From: Candidatus Poribacteria bacterium
GTDB lineage: Bacteria; Poribacteria; WGA-4E; UBA9662
Direction: 5' to 3'
Assembly (NCBI GenBank): GCA_046582655.1
Contig: JAYGDX010000322.1
Location: forward strand, 1 to 60,804
Length of the DNA: 60,804 bases
Every line of letters begins with the position of its first letter. The first letter of the stretch is position 1. The notes under the pieces are model-generated. The model was not told the DNA's origin. It made no database searches and saw nothing but the letters and a program-made list of their open reading frames with translations. This document shows positions 51,120-60,423 of this stretch, piece after piece. Position numbers and translations under genes: made by a program.

Positions 51120-53102
51120 ATGCCAATCAAACAATTTCCGGAAAAACTCGTATCAGGTTTGACAATTCGCGCCACTGTTTTGTCACTGATTTTCATTTGG
51201 ATTGGAAATTACTGGCTAACACACACTGGTTTAATTACCCATTCAACTCAGATTGGTGAGTCAGTACCGCCTATTCCCGCCGTAGCGGCTTTAATCTGCC
51301 TTGTCGCTGTCAATCCACTACTCCGTCGTTTTGCCAACTTCCTTTCACTTTCACAAGCCGAAATCATCGTTATTTACAGTACGGTTGCTATTGCAATCTC
51401 CATGTCATCGATTGGCATGGTACGGTATTTTTTACCCGTACTCACGGCACCGTTTTACTATGCTTCCCTAGAAAATGAATATGCTCTTTTTAACCAATAT
51501 TTACCTGATTGGTTTGTTATTACCAATAAACAGACAATTATTGACTCATACGAAGGTATAGGTCAAGGTACATTGGTGCCGTGGGGAGATTGGACAGTAC
51601 CGCTATTCTTTTGGACATTGATGTTCATCGCACTTTTCTGGACTATGCTTTGTCTGGTTGTCATTTTTCGTCGACAATGGGTAGACCAAGAACGACTTGT
51701 TTTTCCCATCGCGCGATTTGGACTCGAAATCGCCAGAGAAGAAAACTCCAAACTACTGGTTTCCCCGTTCTTTCGCAATCAATACATGTGGATTGGTTTC
51801 GGACTCGCTTTCTTCTACAACCTGTTAAATATCGTTCATGCTTTTTATCCATCACTCCCTTCGCCAGGTAGAAGTTTCAATCTTGGCGTTCTATTCACTG
51901 AACGACCTTGGAGCGCTGTTCGACCGATTTCCTTTCAATTTCGTCCCGCAATCTTTGGACTCGCCTACCTAATGCCTTTGGATGTCAATTTTTCTGTTTG
52001 GTTTCTTTATTTCGTTTTAAAATTTGAGGCTGTTGTTACCTCCGCACTAGGCTATAACCTGCCAGGATTTCCGTATGTACATGACCAAAGTAGCGGCGCA
52101 TTTCTGGCACTAACAGTTGCCTTCTTCTGGGTTGGAAAGCGACAAATCAAGAATGTAGTATTCAAAGCATTTGGTTCGCCGTCAATCGATGACAGTAATG
52201 AACCTCTTTCGTTCCGTGTTGCTTTCTTTGGTGCTATCAGCGGTTTGGCCTTTATTTGTATTTGGTGTGTGGCAGCAGGAATGACAGTTACCACAGTTCT
52301 TCTCTTCTTTGGTCTAATCTTGGCTTTTGCTTTAGTCTACACAAAAATCCGTGCTGAAGCAGGGGCACCAATGATTTGGCTCTTTCCCTATGGTGAACAT
52401 AAGCGTGTGATGCTCAACGCATTTGGACCAAAAGCGTTTATTCACAACAGTAGCTTTCAGAATTTAAGTGTTTTTGCCAGCTTAACTTTCCTCTCACGAG
52501 GTTATTTTCCCGCTTTTATGGCATATCAGTTAGAAGCCATTAAGCTTTGTGATGACGTGAAAATGAATCGTCGTGCTATGGCTATTGCTATCATGTTGGC
52601 ACTTGTGGTTGGGCTGTCAGGCGGATACTGGACGCACATTACAGCTTTCTACGAATATGGTGCCAACATCCTTGAAGGTGGCGATGGGATTCGGGGAGGC
52701 ACACGTGGTGCGTCATTGATTCAGCAGGAATACAACATTTTGAGAGGGTATCAAGTATCCAAAAACTCGCCCGATTACGCTCGAACGGGTGCAGTTGGTT
52801 TCGGCTTTATATTTACCACCCTGCTGGCAACTTTCCGGCGAAACTTTCTTCAATTCCCACTACACCCTCTCGGATTCGCTATGGTAACAGCCTATGGAGA
52901 TCCATTGTGGGGCGCCTTTCTTGCTGCTTGGATATTTAAACTGCTAATCACTCGGTTGGGAGGGTTTGGGCTTTACCGCAAACTTATACCCGGTTTCCTG
53001 GGCGTTGCACTCGGTCACTTCTTCACAGCAGGGATCCTGTGGGGGATTCTAGGTACAGTTGGAAGTGAAATCTTTCGCGGTTATGGTGTCTGGTTCGGCT
53101 GA
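51120..53102 (+). CDS. DUF6785/DUF6784-type polytopic membrane protein (third paralog)
   Basis: GLTIRA, QWVDQERLVFPI, FPYVHDQSSGA, KIRAEAG, FPLHPLGFA, PGFLGVALG. Confidence 0.8.
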   Translation: MPIKQFPEKLVSGLTIRATVLSLIFIWIGNYWLTHTGLITHSTQIGESVPPIPAVAALICLVAVNPLLRRFANFLSLSQAEIIVIYSTVAIAISMSSIGMVRYFLPVLTAPFYYASLENEYALFNQYLPDWFVITNKQTIIDSYEGIGQGTLVPWGDWTVPLFFWTLMFIALFWTMLCLVVIFRRQWVDQERLVFPIARFGLEIAREENSKLLVSPFFRNQYMWIGFGLAFFYNLLNIVHAFYPSLPSPGRSFNLGVLFTERPWSAVRPISFQFRPAIFGLAYLMPLDVNFSVWFLYFVLKFEAVVTSALGYNLPGFPYVHDQSSGAFLALTVAFFWVGKRQIKNVVFKAFGSPSIDDSNEPLSFRVAFFGAISGLAFICIWCVAAGMTVTTVLLFFGLILAFALVYTKIRAEAGAPMIWLFPYGEHKRVMLNAFGPKAFIHNSSFQNLSVFASLTFLSRGYFPAFMAYQLEAIKLCDDVKMNRRAMAIAIMLALVVGLSGGYWTHITAFYEYGANILEGGDGIRGGTRGASLIQQEYNILRGYQVSKNSPDYARTGAVGFGFIFTTLLATFRRNFLQFPLHPLGFAMVTAYGDPLWGAFLAAWIFKLLITRLGGFGLYRKLIPGFLGVALGHFFTAGILWGILGTVGSEIFRGYGVWFG

Positions 53103-53136
53103 TTGAGGGTTTTTAAACTTACTTGACAGATAGGGC

Positions 53137-53184
53137 AAAAAGAGCCCTTCACTCTGCTTAATGTTGTTTGAGTGAAAGGCTCTT
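53137..53184 (-). terminator. Rho-independent terminator (possibly bidirectional) between convergent genes
   Basis: Minus strand stem AAGAGCCTTTCACTC / GAGTGAAGGGCTCTT followed by a T-run. Confidence 0.7.
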
Positions 53185-53218
53185 ATTACGCTGAATTGTA
53201 TGCTAGGTTTATTAAATT

Positions 53219-54160
53219 CTATTTGGCCCTGACAGCAGCCCATTTTGTTGCTAGCTTACCTTTCGCACCGACTGCGTATGGCTTCTCAGATAAAACTACC
53301 AATCCAGTCTTCTCCGATTGCTTGGTAAAGACGACTGAATGCGGATACCAGCCACTCCATCCCGTCTGACCCGGTGTGTCGTCGTCACCATCATTCACGC
53401 AAATACTGGCACCAAATTTCATGCCAGCCTTAAATACACCGACACCAAGTTCATCTGCAGAAAATCTGGCTTCATAATAGGTCATTCCTTTTGCCTTATT
53501 GCGCATAATAGCCAGATCAACTTTATCGTTTCCAGGGGTTTTTTGATAATGCATTATACAATCATCCCCCTTAGCTAACCCATTGTGCCCACACAACTCT
53601 GATTTGTGAGGTAAGGCCCAGTTAAACAGGTAAAACTTGCCTTGATCGGCGGTTCGTTTCCCTGTCATTTCAAAAGCCAATTGCGTTGAATCCCCATTCC
53701 AGCCATCGTTAGCTTTGTTTTCATGCTCATCGTCAGTGACGATAAGGCCAATATAAAATGCATCTGGCTCCCAAAGGAATATTATGCCGGTTTCGTGATC
53801 TTTTTTCCCATTCCATTTACCACCAGCCCATACCTCAAACTCCTTCTCTGGCCCAGGGACGTTTTGTCCAGTTACATTTTTGACTCCTTTGAAAGGCTTA
53901 CCATTGGTACCAACAACCGCACGCGGTCCCTCCAGAATCCCAAGATCCCAATCATTAAATTTACCATCAATTTTAATGTCCAGTATACTTCCTTCAACTG
54001 TATAAGCCTCGTATTTGTCATGAGTTTTACTTCGCCACGGCCCAGCATTAACTGACAATGTAATTAAAATGGAAAATGCTAAAAATATGGACGTGAACAC
54101 AACAAAAGTATTCACTAAACTATAATATTTCGAATGCTTCACGATCTTTCTCCCACCCAT
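53219..54160 (-). CDS. Secreted CBM9/DOMON-like sugar-binding protein with conserved C-terminal tail
   Basis: Signal peptide; IKIDGKFNDW, WEPDAFYIGLIVTDD, WNGDSTQLAFE, YYEARF, CVNDGD; tail AVGAKGKLATKWAAVRAK. Confidence 0.8.
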   Translation of the reverse strand: MGGRKIVKHSKYYSLVNTFVVFTSIFLAFSILITLSVNAGPWRSKTHDKYEAYTVEGSILDIKIDGKFNDWDLGILEGPRAVVGTNGKPFKGVKNVTGQNVPGPEKEFEVWAGGKWNGKKDHETGIIFLWEPDAFYIGLIVTDDEHENKANDGWNGDSTQLAFEMTGKRTADQGKFYLFNWALPHKSELCGHNGLAKGDDCIMHYQKTPGNDKVDLAIMRNKAKGMTYYEARFSADELGVGVFKAGMKFGASICVNDGDDDTPGQTGWSGWYPHSVVFTKQSEKTGLVVLSEKPYAVGAKGKLATKWAAVRAK

Positions 54161-54867
54161 AAATTCATGGCTTAGTTTTCACAACTTTTTTCTCATCAGA
54201 CAAGTTTAATTTCACATTCAACCAATCCGAAGCTTAGCCTACACAGTCAATAAATGTCAATCATTTTCAACTTCACACTTCAATCACATCTCTTAATGCA
54301 AATCTTGCAAGTGGCCAGAATAACACTGGTTACGCTTTGGGCAATTAAAGTATGCCATTTTTCAATCAATTTCATGATTAAGAAGTAACAAATTTATGCC
54401 TACTTCTTACCAACCGAGATCATTGTTAATCACAGCGGTAGGAGGAGTGCTCCGATTTTAGCATATCGGTAATTGTGGTTTCCGGTAGAACGAATTGCCA
54501 ACCCTTTTCGATGCTCAGCAATTTTCGCTAACCAACTTCCAAATCATTCCAATTCCCAATTTAGCTGTCAAAGTTTCTACGATCATTAGCGTCTCGGACA
54601 AGTTTGGCGCACATGATTCCTGCAGAGATCGTTCTTCAGGCCATTTCGTTGATCTACCTATTGGGTAAGGTAATCTACTTTATCTCGGATGCGCCGGATA
54701 GCCGAATGGTCAGTGCCCAGAAGAACGACCAGCACTCAGAATCCCCTTCGGTAAAACCTAAATCATTGATTGACATAAACAATGCTAATCACTAATTAAA
54801 CTATGTGATCCCTCAACCTCAACAATTGATTAAGCCAAACTTAGAGATAAACCTAAATTCGGCATAA

Positions 54868-55725
54868 TTAATTATTTTCTTTCTTAATCTTTCCCCAAAT
54901 TGATGACAGCTTTTCTGAAGAAAATACTGGTTGTGCTCTTTTCCAGCCATTCATGATTTTTTTCAAATCATCCACTGTAAATGCATCTTTAGCAATAAAC
55001 ATTTCGTCAACAGAACCAACAAGATTTTCAAACTTTCCCCAACCGCCAATCTGAATCGGATCTTTATTGTCAACACTCCATTTAGCATTCTTTTTCATAC
55101 CATCTTTTTGAACATCTAAAACGCCATCAACGTAGAGTTGCAAATTATCCCCAGCTTTTACAGCAGCAACATGATGCCAACCGCTATTAACTATCTCAAC
55201 CTTACCGTCAATTGCACCGAAATCAGCAGCTAATCCAGCCCCACCTCCCGCATATTCAAAACCAAAGAAATTTCCGGGACGATCTATAGCAGAATTTAGA
55301 TTCCACCAGTTGGCCGGTTCCAATCTTCGCTTGGCAATGATATAGGCGTCGGCCTTTTTGGAGTCGATCCAAAGACCGATAGTAAAATCGTCCTGCCCAA
55401 AATCAAAATCTGCATGGTGACGGATAATAACGTAATTGGGATCACCCGCTTGCCCCTGAAATTCAAGCGAAGTACCGAATTTACCCGCAACCCACTTGGG
55501 ATTTTGAATTGTGCCTTTATGCCCATTACCTGTCTCGTCAGTCACAACCTGTCCACTACCCTCATCAAACAACCAGAGTGCAACCAAGCTCTTTATATTA
55601 ACTGCCAATGAATCATTACAAAAAACTATAAGGGAGGAAAATATCAGGCATGCCAAGATCCATTTATAGAAGCGAGTTATATCTTTTCGTCTTCCACCGT
55701 AGACCCGCTGAATACAATTCTTCAT
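54868..55725 (-). CDS. Secreted LamG/concanavalin A-like domain protein with conserved C-terminal tail
   Basis: LVALWLFDEGSG, WVAGKFG, FTIGLW, GWHHVAAV, LYVDG, IGG...GSVDE; tail PVFSSEKLSSIWGKIKK. Confidence 0.88.
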   Translation of the reverse strand: MKNCIQRVYGGRRKDITRFYKWILACLIFSSLIVFCNDSLAVNIKSLVALWLFDEGSGQVVTDETGNGHKGTIQNPKWVAGKFGTSLEFQGQAGDPNYVIIRHHADFDFGQDDFTIGLWIDSKKADAYIIAKRRLEPANWWNLNSAIDRPGNFFGFEYAGGGAGLAADFGAIDGKVEIVNSGWHHVAAVKAGDNLQLYVDGVLDVQKDGMKKNAKWSVDNKDPIQIGGWGKFENLVGSVDEMFIAKDAFTVDDLKKIMNGWKRAQPVFSSEKLSSIWGKIKKENN

Positions 55726-56108
55726 ATCATACTCCTTAATGTTTAGTGCGCTCCATCAGGCAACCTTGCCTCATCAATCCAAAATCTAGAAAGAAATACC
55801 CAACGAAAACTGCAGAATAATTGTGACATAATAAGTCAATACCATGCAACATTACCACATCCCTTGGGTTAGAATGATAACGCTTAGGAGATCCCAAGAC
55901 CACTAACTTCTTCCGAAAATCAAAAAGCTTCGGGTGTCTATCTCACACGAATACACGTCGAAATTAAGGCATAAAAAAAGAGTACGATATATTATTGGAT
56001 TCTAACTGCCGAAAGAGCGCTACAGACGATTGCTTCGTCTTTGTAATATGATAAAATAAAATATGAATTCAACTATATTTCTATATCGTATTAACCAAGG
56101 ACTAAAGA

Positions 56109-56828
56109 ATGGCTTACATAAGAAACTGGCGGGATGTCCAGCCTAAAATTGCCCATCTCAGCGCTGTACACTGGGGGGGATTACGCACTCGAGAGTCAAG
56201 AAGTGAAGATGACCGCGATCGCCTGGAACAGCTGGGTGGTTTTGCGCGACATGCTCTTCAGGGACGTAAGACTTCAGATCATCACAAGCACGAGAATATG
56301 GAACAGGTTTACTACATCCTCAGTGGCAGTGGGGAAGTGCTATTTGACAACAAGCGCTATCCTGTAAAATTTGGTGATGCGATCTATCTGCCCTCAGGCA
56401 TCCATCACCAGATGTTCAATGACATGAATGAAGTTTGGCTGGAACACCATGTAATCAGCATGAATGTTGAGGGTAACGGTGGTAAATTCACCATTCGCAA
56501 TTGGAATCAGGTTCCTCCACAAGGGGACGGTGCCGGTGCCATCCGGTGGCGCCAACTAGGATACAAAAGCGAAGAGGAAATCAACTGTTTACGAGGAATG
56601 CACTTCATCGATCGCGAAGCCGTGCAGCCAGATAACGAAACAATTGAACGGTGTTATGGCGATACAGAACAGGTTTACTATGTTTTAGAAAATCGTGGCA
56701 TACTCCAAAGCAACGGTGAAAAACAGAAGATTACTGAAGGTGACATGATTCACATCCCCATAGGTATGACTTACAAGATTCTGAATCCACATCAGGAATG
56801 GTTAAGCTACCTAATCATAGCTGGATAA
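56109..56828 (+). CDS. Bicupin protein
   Basis: HKHENMEQVYYILSGSG...GDAIYLPSGIHH, plus a degenerate second cupin (EQVYYVLE...GDMIHIP). Confidence 0.85.
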   Translation: MAYIRNWRDVQPKIAHLSAVHWGGLRTRESRSEDDRDRLEQLGGFARHALQGRKTSDHHKHENMEQVYYILSGSGEVLFDNKRYPVKFGDAIYLPSGIHHQMFNDMNEVWLEHHVISMNVEGNGGKFTIRNWNQVPPQGDGAGAIRWRQLGYKSEEEINCLRGMHFIDREAVQPDNETIERCYGDTEQVYYVLENRGILQSNGEKQKITEGDMIHIPIGMTYKILNPHQEWLSYLIIAG

Positions 56829-56931
56829 AGACAGAAACAAAATTGCAGTCATCCAGTCGTACCCGTCTCCATTGTCTATAGCATGAGTTTCTGATAGTTA
56901 CCAGATCAAACCCTATTTTCCAGGTTTATTC

Positions 56932-57432
56932 TTAATCACTTGGTTGATCCTGGTCAGACACTTCAGGATTAAGTGATTGGACATAATGAATCTGACGTGC
57001 AATTTCAATGAACCCCATTTTAGGGTAAAATGTTGTTCCGACCGGATTCTGTTCAAGGGTTTCAATCTTTGCCATATGCATCCCTTCCTGTCGAAAGTAG
57101 TCTAGCGAGGCTTGAATTAACTGCTTGCCTAATCCCTGATGCTGGAATTTCGGATGTACCGCCAAATTTGGTATTTCCCCGATTTTTGTGATTTGATTAA
57201 CCCGTGTTGTAATATAACCAACCACCTGATTGTCAACCTCAGCAATAAACACCCCGTCAGGATTGATTTCCACATCAGCATCAATATGCTTAGCCTTGCG
57301 AGTTTTCCAGTCAACAGCATTAATAAGACCATATTCATCTTCGATATTTTTATCGATTGATACTCTTTCAAAACAGATAATGGTGATCTCTCGCAGAATT
57401 TCCAGATCAGAGGATGTGTATTTTCGAATCAT
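56932..57432 (-). CDS. GNAT family N-acetyltransferase
   Basis: NLAVHPKFQHQGLGKQLI, FYPKMGF. Confidence 0.9.
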   Translation of the reverse strand: MIRKYTSSDLEILREITIICFERVSIDKNIEDEYGLINAVDWKTRKAKHIDADVEINPDGVFIAEVDNQVVGYITTRVNQITKIGEIPNLAVHPKFQHQGLGKQLIQASLDYFRQEGMHMAKIETLEQNPVGTTFYPKMGFIEIARQIHYVQSLNPEVSDQDQPSD

Positions 57433-57657
57433 GTCCCTCGGTTAAAATTCCTGTGTGATAATGAACTGATTTTACGCCGATTTTTCTGAGAGATACGTTA
57501 GAAACCGACACTACTTTTTGAGTAAAGTAAAGATCCACAAACTTACAGGATTGCCCTACAGTGTATAATAGAGATGAGGAGATGACAATAATGAATTTAA
57601 GTAAACACTGTTGTCTTGTTCCAATCATAATAACCAATGAAATAAACAGGAGTTGTA

Positions 57658-58491
57658 ATGCGCTTAGGAGGACCTTTATTTGGTGTAACTAATAGCCCTG
57701 AAGAATGGGTAGAAACAGTGAAAGATCATGGTTACCGTGCTTCTTATTGTCCAATTGGCTACGATGCTGAGGACCATGAGATTCAAGCATACCGTCGAGC
57801 TGCTAAGAAAGCTGATATCGTTATTGCGGAAGTAGGTGCTTGGAGTAACCCGATTAGTCCAAATCAACAGATTCGACGGGAAGCTGTTGAAAAATGTAAG
57901 AGATCTTTACAACTAGCTGATGAAATTGGTGCTAAGTGTGCGGTAAACATTGCCGGATCACGAGGAGAAAAATGGGATGGTCCGGATTCCTCAGATCTCA
58001 CCACAGATACCTTCGATTTGATTGTTGAGACCGTACGAGACATTATTGATACAGTAAATCCTCAACGTAGCTTTTATTGTCTGGAGACTATGCCCTGGAT
58101 GTATCCTGATTCCACTGATAGTTATGTCGAGTTATTAAAAGCCATTGATCGAAAGGGATGCGCGGCACACCTCGACCCTGTAAACTTAATTTGCAGTCCG
58201 CAACGGTATTTCAATAACGGTAGTCTTATTAAGGAATGTTTTGCCAAGCTTGGCCCTTATATCAAATCGTGTCATGCTAAAGACATTCTCTTGCATGATC
58301 AGCTAACTACCCACTTGGATGAAGTTCAACCTGGAAAAGGGCGTCTGGATTATACTATTTACCTTCGAGAACTTAGTAAACTGGACCATGATACCCCTTT
58401 AATGATGGAACACCTTCATAGCGAAGAGGAATACCGAGAAGCAGCAACATATATTCGAGGCGTTGTAGAAGCAGAAAACATATCTTTATGA
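57658..58491 (+). CDS. Sugar phosphate isomerase/epimerase (TIM barrel)
   Basis: AEVGAWSN, LETMPW, HLDPVN, CHAKD, MMEH. Confidence 0.88.
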   Translation: MRLGGPLFGVTNSPEEWVETVKDHGYRASYCPIGYDAEDHEIQAYRRAAKKADIVIAEVGAWSNPISPNQQIRREAVEKCKRSLQLADEIGAKCAVNIAGSRGEKWDGPDSSDLTTDTFDLIVETVRDIIDTVNPQRSFYCLETMPWMYPDSTDSYVELLKAIDRKGCAAHLDPVNLICSPQRYFNNGSLIKECFAKLGPYIKSCHAKDILLHDQLTTHLDEVQPGKGRLDYTIYLRELSKLDHDTPLMMEHLHSEEEYREAATYIRGVVEAENISL

Positions 58492-58552
58492 ATTGCCGTA
58501 TCATTTCATTATGTCTAGTACTTAAAGATAAGCAAAATCTTGACCATTACTG

Positions 58553-59227
58553 TTATGGTTTAGGTTTAAGTATATCAATATCGGCATCAATCTTTACCTT
58601 GATACCGGAACATCGTAAGAGTCGAAGTGCCACTTTTTTGCCAAAGCCAGTGGGTCTTCTTTTGGTTTGGGAGTCGTTGGGTCTGAAGTTGTTGGGTCTA
58701 CCGAATCTTTTGGCTCAGACGTATCTTTGGGGCTGGTTCATCTGATTCGCTAACCTTTTTAATCTGGAAGCGGACTCCTCTGCATTGCCGTCAGCAAGCT
58801 TGACCTGAGTCAGTTTAATTGTCGATTTCTTCTTATCAAGTACCTTAAAAGTTGCAGTTGCCAGAATTCCATCTGCTTTTTCGGAAAGCTTGCCACGCGG
58901 TGCAGCGACCGCATAGCGAATAACCCCATCAGATGCTTCGGGTGGAACTTCAAAAACATCGAATGGCAAATAATCGCCAATTTTTATGCTGACATATTCT
59001 AGAGCAGTTGTGTCATAGGATAGAATGAACTGAGATCCCGCAACGCCTTCACCTCCGGTGATCTTAACCTCAACTGTTAACTGTTCCCCAATTGCTTGTG
59101 ATTTTATTACTGCTGGCTGGACTGAAACCTCCGCAATGGAGAAAGCGGTTGACGGCATAACGAGAACAGAAACTATGGCATATATCACCATGGCACAAAA
59201 ATTCTGGATGGTTTTCCTAGCAACCAT
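58553..59227 (-). pseudogene. Secreted cohesin-domain protein with a frameshifted linker and truncated second domain
   Basis: Signal peptide; cohesin fold (QFILSYDTTALEYVS...GILATATFKV). Downstream in other frames: a P/T/D/K-rich linker and SGIKVKIDAD. Likely start ATG 59227. Confidence 0.65.
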
Positions 59228-59479
59228 ATCTGTTTCCTGTATGATTCTACAGTCTAAGAACATGCGACATGCTTCTGGATTTATGATGACTGAAATAGTA
59301 CCATGAACCTATCGGGAAACGTCAAAATAAGGCTCAAAGTTGCTGTTACTTTGCCACTGACATTTTTTTCTTGTTTTCAGTAGGAACCGACACACCAAAA
59401 ATATCCAACACTCTTTTCTAGTAGTTTCTCAGTTCCCGATTACTGGTTTTATTGCCCAATTCACCAGTTTGGAGGCAAT

Positions 59480-59516
59480 AAAAAAAGCACCAGTTGAATA
59501 TCAACCAGTGCTTTTT
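59480..59516 (-). terminator. Rho-independent terminator after the CBM9-like gene
   Basis: Minus strand GCACTGGTTGA-TAT-TCAACTGGTGC hairpin (two G:U pairs) followed by T7. Confidence 0.8.
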
Positions 59517-59534
59517 CAGGTGTTGAAACCTATT

Positions 59535-60345
59535 TTACTGCTTAAGATCTCCCCAGGTTGTTGCCAATTTGTCTTTAGCTTCAACAGATGTTGGTGTGCC
59601 TCCGGAAAGTACCAGTAAACCAGTATTCTCCGAATTCTTGCCGAAGACTATGGCGTGAGTGTACCATCCACCCCAACCTCTCTGACCTTCCTGATCTTTG
59701 TCGCCATCGTTAACACATACGCTGGCACCAGCCGATCTGCCTTTTACCATAGCACCATGCTGTGCAGCACTGAATCGAACTTCATAGTTTGTTTTGTTGC
59801 CTTCGCGGACGATGGCCACATCACCCGTTCCAAGTCCTGTTCCAGAAGATACTTGATTGTGAATAAGAATCTCACCGTCTTTACCTAAAGCAACATTGTA
59901 GAGAATTAAATCAAGGCCCTTCTCACGGGTACCAGTTCCTTCAAGGGCTAACTGAGCGCCATCACCTTTCCAAGCCTCACCAGCCTTTGGTGGGGCGTTG
60001 TGGTAGTCGTCTGTCACAGATATGCCTAAGTAAAGCGCATCTGCGTCCCAAGCCCACATAAAGGCAACTGTCTGGTCATCTGGACCGGACCATGTGCCAC
60101 CGTCCCATGGCTCAAACGACTTCTCTGGCCCACCGCCAGGATTTCCAGTTTCGAATTTGATCTCTTTCCAGACGGGGGACACCAGCCCAATCGCTGAGAT
60201 TACCATCAATTTTTATCTTTACGCCAGTTACAGCTTCATACTTGTCATGAGTTTTGCTGCGCCATTGTGCCTCGGCAGGAACAGCACTCAGCAGAATGAT
60301 CGCCAGAGCAAATAAGCCTAAAGAGATTGAAAAATATTTCTTCAT
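59535..60345 (-). pseudogene. Secreted CBM9/DOMON-like protein (paralog of 53219-54160) with a +1 frameshift in a C5 run
   Basis: N-part (signal peptide, WRSKTHDKYEA, IKIDGNLSDW) and C-part (WDADALYLGISVTDD, CVNDGD, tail SVEAKDKLATTWGDLKQ) join if G5 at 60174-60178 were G4. Confidence 0.82.
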
Positions 60346-60376
60346 TTCTTAAATCCTCATTTTGTTTTATTAAATG

Positions 60377-60423
60377 ATTAAGCACAAATAGATGATAAAA
60401 ATTAAGCACAAATAGATGATAAA
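60377..60423. repeat. Exact 23-bp direct repeat (24-bp period) upstream of the CBM9-like gene
   Basis: ATTAAGCACAAATAGATGATAAA at 60377-60399 and 60401-60423. Confidence 0.9.

Noticed and set aside
58715..59263. Cellulosome scaffoldin
   Set aside because: A single cohesin with no dockerin enzymes in the window; lone cohesins are common outside cellulosomes.
60174..60178. Programmed phase variation
   Set aside because: A 5-nt run is short for a contingency tract, and many other genes here are broken without homopolymers. Kept only as a low-interest note.
60377..60423. CRISPR array
   Set aside because: Only two adjacent copies with a 1-nt gap, no spacers and no cas genes. I saw no repeat-spacer array anywhere in the window.
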